64,000 nucleotides of DNA from Pelagomonas calceolata. Its lineage: Eukaryota. The notes below the pieces were generated by a model, which had not been told where the DNA came from, did not search any database, and saw only the letters and a program-made list of their open reading frames with translations. Where the stretch lies: NCBI GenBank assembly GCA_918797485.1, contig CAKKNE010000001.1:62001-126000 (forward strand). Reading direction: 5' to 3'. The position numbers and the translations under genes are program-made. Position 1 is the first letter of the stretch; each line of letters opens with the position of its first letter. Positions 57,008 through 64,000 of the stretch are shown here, piece by piece.

Positions 57008-59561
57008 ATGGCCGCGAGACCCTGGATGGACGACGGCGCGAGCCAGCACTGCCTGCTCTGCCACCAGGCTTTTAGCTTTACGAACCGGAGGCACCACTGC
57101 CGGAGCTGCGCGCGCTTGGTCTGCGGCGCCTGCTCGAGCCGGAGCATGCGTTTGGAGAGCATCCAGCGGCCCTCGTCCTCAATACGAAATGTAGGGACCC
57201 AGCTGGCCAAGACGACGCTGGCCACGGCCGCCTCGATGCTCACCACCACTACAAATGAATCGGAGCGCGTCTGCGACGACTGCTGGGCGCGGCTCGGCCG
57301 CGGCCGGAGCGCGACGCCGCCGCCTCCATCACATCACGCCGACGATGATGTAGCGTATGATGCTGAATTGATGGATGTGGCCGCCGACGGTATCAGAAAC
57401 ATAGCTCTGGAAGTACGGGCGCCCGACGGCCGCGTGCTCAGCGACGGGAATTCGTTCAGTATGACATTGCCATCATCAACGCGCGTCGCGGGCGCCTACG
57501 TCATTGTTACGGCTCGTGATAAGTCCAAGTCGTCGGCAGTGAGGGACGACGTCGTGGGAAGAGGTCGCGTCTTCCTCGAAGAAGGCCAACGACATATCCA
57601 GTTGCTGCGCGACGGTGGTGTTAAGGGCACCGTACTGGTCAAAGCGACGCGGTCCTCGGCGAAGAAACCTCTACAAGTCGCGACGATACCACCTCAAACG
57701 TCGAAACACATGTGGCCCGTGGCTTTATCAGAGTTGTACCCGCCCGGGACCACGGTGCACGACGCCTGTTTTGAGCACATTAATGGTACCATAGTGCCCG
57801 CGTCAGAACAAGCTCTGGACGCCTTTGCCGACGTGGACAGAGGGTGCCTCATAGTCACGTCGCACCGTTTTTTGCACGTGGCTCATACGTTAGATGTTAT
57901 TAGTGTGCCGCACGCGTCCATCTTAAATGTGGAGGTCGTCCAGCGCGACGACGCGTTGGTGCTGGTGCTGACGACGCGGTCCTATAAATCAATAACGTTC
58001 TCGTCGCGCAGCGCCACCAATCGCGACTGGAGCTGGTGCCGCTCCGAGTGGCAGTGGCGCGTCGGCGAGGACCGCTTCTATGCGAGGCCGGAGGCTGTTG
58101 TGATCTGCGTGGAAATCAAATTTTGGACGCCCCACGCCATCGATGCGATGTTGTCTCCGTAGTAACCTAGCTCACTGGTTGATTTTCACACAGGTTGTGA
58201 CGGCGGATCACGACGATAATGACGATGAAGATGAGGACACGGAGCTGCTCTCGAGGCTCGGCCTGAATGATCTCGACGACCGCGCATTGAGACGGAATCG
58301 GCTGAAGCGCTTCATCGAACCTCAGAAGGAGCGGGCGCCGTCACAAAGCGGCGCCGACGTCGACCTAGGAGCAGAGTTCGCCAGGCAGGGCGTGGCCACC
58401 GACGCGCGCTGGCGCTTTACGCAAGCGAATTCGAGTTATGACCTTTGTGCTACGTATCCTCCTCTGCTCATCGTGCCGGCGGCGTTGAGCGACGCCCGAC
58501 TCAAGGAAGGGTCCAGATGGCGGTCCAAGCGGCGCGTACCTGTCTTGACCTGGTACGATCGAGCTAGTGGTGCGGCCTTAATACGAGCATCCCAACCAAA
58601 GTCCGGCATCACGGGCGCTCATGTGGATGACGCCGCTCTCCTCCATGTGCGCGCGGCCGCCGCGCGGAGCCGCGGCGCCGTCGCGGCGCGCTTGGACGAC
58701 CCGACGGCTTTTGATGATGAGGAAGGTTTTGCGAATAGTTCGCCGTACAAATCCACGACGGCGCCGATCTTGCGCATCTGCGACTGTCGTTCTATTGTAG
58801 CGGCCAAGGCGAACCAATTGGCCGGCCGGGGCCACGAGACTACCTCCAAATTAGGTGGTTCGAGGGCCGCGACGCTCGAGTTTCTGGATCTGGAGAACTT
58901 CCACGTCATTCGCAACGCCAAGAAACGGTTGTCAGAAGCTTCGACCTTGGAGGACTACTACCGCGCGTTGCACGAATCGCGCTGGCCCGTCTACGTCCAA
59001 GCACTAATTAGTGCAGCGAAGGTCGTCGCGGATCATTTGGACAGAGGCGATCCTTGTTTTGTGCACTGTAGCGACGGCTGGGACCGCACGCCGCAAGTGT
59101 GTGCTTTGGCTCAAATAATAGTGGATCCCTACTTTCGAACAATAAAAGGCTTCGCCGTGCTCATAGAAAAGGACTTCTGCGCCTTCGGCCACCCCTTCGC
59201 AATGAGAAGTGGATCGAAGGGCGAGGGCGAAGCCGGTCCGGTCTTCGACCAGTTCCTGGAGTGCGTGCAGTCGCTGCGGCGGGGCGCGCCGGCGTCCTTC
59301 GAGTTCACTGAATCATTACTGGCGTTGCTCAAAGAACACGTGTATTCGCGGTTCTTCGGGAACTTTCTGAGGGACTCGGATGCGGAGAGGTGTGGAGACG
59401 ACGCCGTGAGTGTGTGGAGGGTGGTTGAAAGTGATCCGGGGCGCTTTTCTTCGCCGGTCTACGACTCTTCTGCGAGTAGAAGGCTCCCGGTCCTCTCGAA
59501 ACCGTCGGCGGATGTTGAACTAGAGCTGTTGAGGGCGCGTATACGGGCGCTCGAGAAATGA
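57008..59561 (+). CDS. Myotubularin phosphatase with N-terminal FYVE, C2-like and PH-GRAM regions; intron 58097-58193
   Basis: WMDD..CLLC..RRHHCRSCARLVCGAC; GCLIVTSHR; YDLCATYP; VHCSDGWDRT; FGHPF. Confidence 0.93.
58097..58201 (+). mobile_element. Introner with TSD GTTGTGAY and TIRs
   Basis: CTGCGTGGAAATCAA..TTGATTTTCACACAG; splicing joins two ORFs in frame. Confidence 0.9.
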
Positions 59562-59576
59562 CTGTTGTGTCTAAGT

Positions 59577-60040
59577 TTATTTGTCTTTATCCTCTTCCGA
59601 GTCGGAACTACTAATACTCCCCGCATGAAAATGGCTGTGGTCGTGGTCCTCGTCGTCCGAATCGGGCTCGGGCAGCTGCATGATGGACTCGGAGTAGGCG
59701 CTCATGGCCGCGAGCGCGACCTGCGCGTGGTACTCTCGCGCCGCGGCGACGGCGCCGAGCGTCCCGCGTCCACGCCATCGACGCGATCTCGGCCTCCGCG
59801 CCGTCGACGCGATATTCGTGGATAGAAGACGCCGCCGCAGACGCCGACGGCGTAGAGCCCGAACGCGCCGAGGAGCGCCAGGCACGCCCGCTCGATGCTC
59901 CGGTGGCCCGCGTACCTGGCGCCGCCGAACGTCACAATAACAGCGACGAGGCCGTAGGTTGTAATCTGGTCCCGCCGTGCCCGCCGCGCCTCGTCCTCGC
60001 GCCTTATCCGCGCCATCATCCGGGTCTCGCGGTCGCTCAT
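59577..60040 (-). CDS. Small two-TM protein with His/acidic tail; one intron
   Basis: MSDRETRMM..YGLVAVIVTFG..LLGAFGLYAVGV; tail DDEDHDHSHFH. Confidence 0.55.
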
Positions 60041-60214
60041 GATTGTTGCAGTCTTGTGAGAGCAGTCTGGCAGAGTGCTGTGTTGAGCCCTGTGGTCAAG
60101 CACCCGAGTTGTTGATGCTTGTGCAGCTTGGTGCGCTGCAATGCAGCACTATCGAAATTCTACTGTGCGTATATATGCTGTAACAAGCGTGCACGCGCGC
60201 CGAGCTGGCAGCTT

Positions 60215-60237
60215 GCTAGCGGCGTAAGGCCACTAGG
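60215..60237 (+). promoter_or_regulatory. CTAG-GTAAGACA-CTAG motif (variant)
   Basis: GCTAGCGGCGTAAGGCCACTAGG between divergent genes. Confidence 0.58.
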
Positions 60238-60467
60238 AAGCCAGACGTACAACAGCAACCGCAGCTAGCGCAACGCACAAGTGCTATAGCTAAAGGCTGA
60301 CCAGCATAAAAGAGACATTTCAACCCACCTTTCGACGGGTCCTTGCTGCGCACCGATCCACGCGGCAGCCGAGTTCACTCTCCTCAAATACCAGGCTCTT
60401 TCGGACGCGCCGCCCGACGCGAAGCGGCGCCAGCTCACGCCATCGACGCGACCGCGTACCATCCGAG

Positions 60468-61500
60468 ATGATCACACGGTGGCTCTTGACAGCACTCCTG
60501 CTCCGGCCCGCAACCGGCCTCGCCAAGGGCGGCTTCGCGGCAACCAAGCCGAAGAAAAAAACCAAGAAGGCCCCGAAGGCCCCGAAGCCCCTGGAGCCCC
60601 TGCCGCCGGGCCTGGACGGCGTCCCTCCCGTCTCGAGGTTCGAAGTCCTCAACGCTGATGGCATAAAACCGCAGTTCACGGGAGCCTTCCTCATAGAGGA
60701 CGAATCGGTAGCCGACGACCTCGTGAAGGAGTTTCATGGGAGGCCCCAGCTCCGAGGCATGGTCTCGAACGCGGCGAACGGCGAGCCCGTCGTCGACACG
60801 TCCGTGAAGGACTCGCTGGAGATGTCCTTTCCCGCGAACGATCCCTCTATTGCTTGGAGAAGGTATCTGCTCTCACTCAAAGCGGCCATGGGTCTTTATC
60901 TCGAGGACTACCCGTATGCCGGGGCTTATGGAGCGTTCTCCATCACGGGACGGACGAACGTCCAACTGTATCCGCCTTCAGGGGGCTACAAGACGTTTCA
61001 CACCGAGCGCACGGGCCGGGGCGAACCCGAAGGCAGTCGTCATTTGGTGTTCATGACCTATCTAAATGATGTCACTGATGCCGGTGCCGACGCGGCGTCT
61101 TCACTGAATCTTGAACGTGACGTGGACATTGGCCCTTGCGCCATCTTCATGAATCGTCTCCATCTTCCGATGAAGTGAGTGGTCGCTTTTCGGATTTTGA
61201 GTCTCTGGAAGACGTCGGGGCCGTCGCGGCATGTCGGAGAGCACGCGGTCGCGTCGATGGCGTCGCGACTGCGTCGTTCCCGCGCAGGTGGGACGGAGTT
61301 CTGCCACCAGAACCTGATCGTGCAGCCGAAGAAGGGCTTGACTCTGATTTGGCCGGCCGATTGGACGTTCACGCACCGCGGCGTGCCGTCGCCGACGCAG
61401 GAGAAGATCATCACTACCGGGTGGTCGCGTGCTGCGTTTAGAAATCAATTGCAACGCGATTGGGACTCACTGGTTGATTTTCCACGGTTCATTTTCGTAG
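60468..61500 (+). CDS. 2OG-Fe(II) oxygenase with signal peptide; intron 61084-61287; 3' end approximate
   Basis: GGYKTFHTER; RHLVFMTYLNDV-GGTEF; PKKGLTLIWPADWTFTHRG..KIITTGW. Confidence 0.88.
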
Positions 61501-62082
61501 TGGCGCGAGCAAATATACTGTCCTTAAGACTGCTACTTCTTTTTCTTGCGGGCGGGCGACTTCCTCTTGGCGGGCGACTTCTTGGCGGTCGGTTTCTTCG
61601 CGGGCCTGCGCCGGGGTTTCGCGTGGCGCCGCGGCGACGGCGCGGCGGTGGACGCCGGGCTCGCACGACTTCTTGGCGGCGGGCTTAGCCGCGGGTTTCC
61701 GGGCCGCGGGTTTCGCGACGGTCTTCTTTTTCACCGGAGATTTGGCTGCGGGCTTGCGCGCCGGCTTCTTCGCGGGCCTGCGTCGGGGACCGGTCGACGC
61801 CATCGATGCGACGACAATCGCGCCACGGACGCCGAGCTCGTACGACTTCTTGGCCGCCGGCTTCTTCTTTTTGGCGGCGGCCGGGGGCCCGCTGCCCGAT
61901 CCCGCGCGGAGCCGCGCCAGATCGTCGCGGCTCGCCTTGTCGATGGGCTCCTCGTAACTCTTGAACTTCGACGCTTCGTACTTGAAGTACAGCTTCTTCG
62001 AGTCGCTGCGCGCGATGTAGCCCGGGTACCAGGTGCCGTTCACCTCGTAGTCGACCGAATCTCCTACGACCCATTTGACCAT
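61489..62082 (-). CDS. Tudor/agenet-like domain plus Lys/Ala/Pro-rich H1-like tail; probable short introns
   Basis: WVVGDSVDYEVNGTWYPGYI; PAAKKS/SPVKK repeats. Confidence 0.6.
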   Translation of the reverse strand: MVKWVVGDSVDYEVNGTWYPGYIARSDSKKLYFKYEASKFKSYEEPIDKASRDDLARLRAGSGSGPPAAAKKKKPAAKKSYELGVRGAIVVASMASTGPRRRPAKKPARKPAAKSPVKKKTVAKPAARKPAAKPAAKKSCEPGVHRRAVAAAPRETPAQAREETDRQEVARQEEVARPQEKEVAVLRTVYLLAPLRK

Positions 62083-62315
62083 GGCTGTGCTTTCTTCAGG
62101 CGTAGCACTTGCCTCCGATGATTCGTTCGCCCCGATTTTGCAAATCGGAGCAGGCTGAGAGCAGCCTCTCTGGTGCTCGATTGGTGGGCGTCGGGCAAAT
62201 GTGCAGCGCGCGCAGCTAGCTGGGATACGCGTGGGCACAAATAATAGGCTTTTAGCCGCCTGGACGACCGCTGGGCCAGCGATCAGAGCCAAAAAAAAGA
62301 GGCGCCGAGGTCGGA

Positions 62316-62338
62316 ACTAGCGAATGTAACACACTAGG
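62316..62338 (+). promoter_or_regulatory. CTAG-GTAAGACA-CTAG motif (variant)
   Basis: ACTAGCGAATGTAACACACTAGG between divergent genes. Confidence 0.58.
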
Positions 62339-62530
62339 AAGCTCTCCGACTCTGTGTTCAGTGGGCGATACGCGTGCGTGGACGCCTCTGGCTGCCGCAG
62401 AATCGCTTCAGGCTACACCCACGCCGTCACCGAGCGCTGCTCCGGTTTGTGGCAATAACGCGAGCGTGGCTGCTTAGGCTGCACTTGCTACACCCAGCCT
62501 CAAACGCCGCCGCAGCGAAGGACGGACAAA

Positions 62531-64000
62531 ATGGCGCAGCAGTCCTTCGCCGCCCTCCGCCCGACGCTCAGTCAAGCAACGTTAGCCTGTCTACGAGATG
62601 ACTTCCACTTTTCAACAATGACGCCGGTCCAGGCCGCCTCATTACCTCTCCTCTTGACGCAGAAGGACGTCGTCGCCGAAGCAGTGACCGGATCGGGCAA
62701 GACGATTGCGTTCGCCGTCGCGGCGGTCGAGGCTACTGCGCGTCTGGAGAGAGGACCTATTCGTGTTGTCTGCGTTTCTCCAACAAGGGAGCTCGCGGCT
62801 CAAACCTCCCGAGTCTTCGCCACGCTGTGCAAAGCGCATTCACTCAACAGCGAGTTGATCACGGGCGGTTCAACAGTGGAGGCGCCGGAACGATGCGATA
62901 TACTAATAGCGACGCCCGGTAGACTTGATGACTTACTGTCAAGAGCAATCCTAGACGTTTCCGGTGTTGAATTACTCATTCTAGATGAGGCTGATGTCTT
63001 GTTAGGCTGGGGTTTGCCTTACAGATCGATCGCATCATGAAACGCTTACCTCGACAAAGAAGGACGTGTCTCTTCTCGGCAACGCAAACGCGAGCAGTCC
63101 GCGACTTGGCGAGGGCGGGATTGAGGAACCCCGCTTCTGTCTCGGTCAAGGTCAACTCTGGATCTGAGACGGGCAAGACGCCCACAGAATTAGTTTCGCA
63201 GCACGTCATTTGTCGCGCCGAGGACAAGCTACGATGTGCCCTGGACTTACTCAAAACAGCGAGGAAGTCGTTAGTGTTCTTCGACTCCTGCGCCGCCGTA
63301 GACTTTTTTGGAAGGGCTCTCAAAGCCGCGAACGTGGGAACGGGCCTCCCTATCATAAACGCGTTGCACGGAAAATGGCGCCAAAAAGAGGAGGGCCGTC
63401 TGGGCCCAGTTCCGCGAATGTACTTCCGAGAGGGTCGCGCTGCTGTGCACGGACGTCGCGGCGCTGGGCCTCGACGTGGGACGACGTCGACCTCGTGATC
63501 CAAGTCGACGCGCCGCAAAAACCCGACACTTTTGTCCATCGCGCGGGGCGGACGGCGCGGGCTGGTCGTAGTGGCAGGGCGGTTTTACTACTAGAGCCCC
63601 ACGAGGACGCGTACCCGGAGTTGTTGAGACTGCGGGGGGCCGCTACTACGTCTGTAGAAGTTGAGGTGACAGGTGCTGATGAGTTGAGAACATCTCTGGA
63701 AGAAGCGTGCATCAAAGATCGAGCCATCCTCGAGAAGGGCACGATCGCCTTCACTAGTCATGTGCGAGCGTACTTGGAGCACCGGCTGCCGTACATCTTT
63801 CGGTGGGAGAAGCTAGACGTCGGTCAGTGAGTCAGCGTCCGTTCTGAACTTTTCAGTTGCGTCGACGGCGCGCCGCGCCGCCTCGACGCCGTCTTCATGA
63901 TCACGCGAGAGCCGTGGCCGTGTCGCGACGCTGTCGTTCACGCACAGGCTCGACGGCGCGGCTCTACGCTCTGCTGAAGCTGCCGGACATGCCGGAATTG
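62531..64000 (+). CDS. DDX55: DEAD-box RNA helicase DDX55/Spb4 (frameshifts; runs off the window)
   Basis: MTPVQAA..DVVAEAVTGSGKT; PTRELA; DEAD; LPRQRRTCLFSATQT..AGLRNP; HRAGRTARAG; YLEHRLPYIFR. Confidence 0.9.

Noticed and set aside
1016..63830. Frameshifts in SNF7, CCT5, DDX55 and others as programmed recoding or pseudogenes
   Set aside because: They are scattered through essential genes without slippery sites or other decay, so consensus errors are more likely

Overview
GC-rich, gene-dense eukaryotic nuclear DNA, most consistent with a pelagophyte stramenopile (Pelagomonas/Aureococcus-like; this is an inference). It has short spliceosomal introns, TIR/TSD introner elements, bipartite plastid-type leaders and MYND/ankyrin gene families. 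Scattered frameshifts in conserved genes (SNF7, CCT5, DDX55) suggest consensus errors. Recognisable genes: ESCRT-III SNF7, FAD oxidoreductase, TIP41-like, TauE, cytochrome b561, RUN-domain protein, LARP-like, UvrD helicase, DUSP, DUF1295, PRT1-like E3, two histidine phosphatases, CCT5, FYVE-myotubularin, 2OG-Fe(II) oxygenase and DDX55. Most notable: (1) an organelle-targeted HNH nuclease-UvrD helicase fusion; (2) tRNA halves in permuted order ahead of a Pol III terminator; (3) a CTAG...GTAAGACA-CTAG motif found 13 times, almost always upstream of genes; (4) an inverted mosaic built from fragments of three neighbouring genes, plus other local gene-fragment shuffling; (5) a TAATG stop/start overlap suggesting a bicistronic transcript. 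All calls are by eye, with no database searches.
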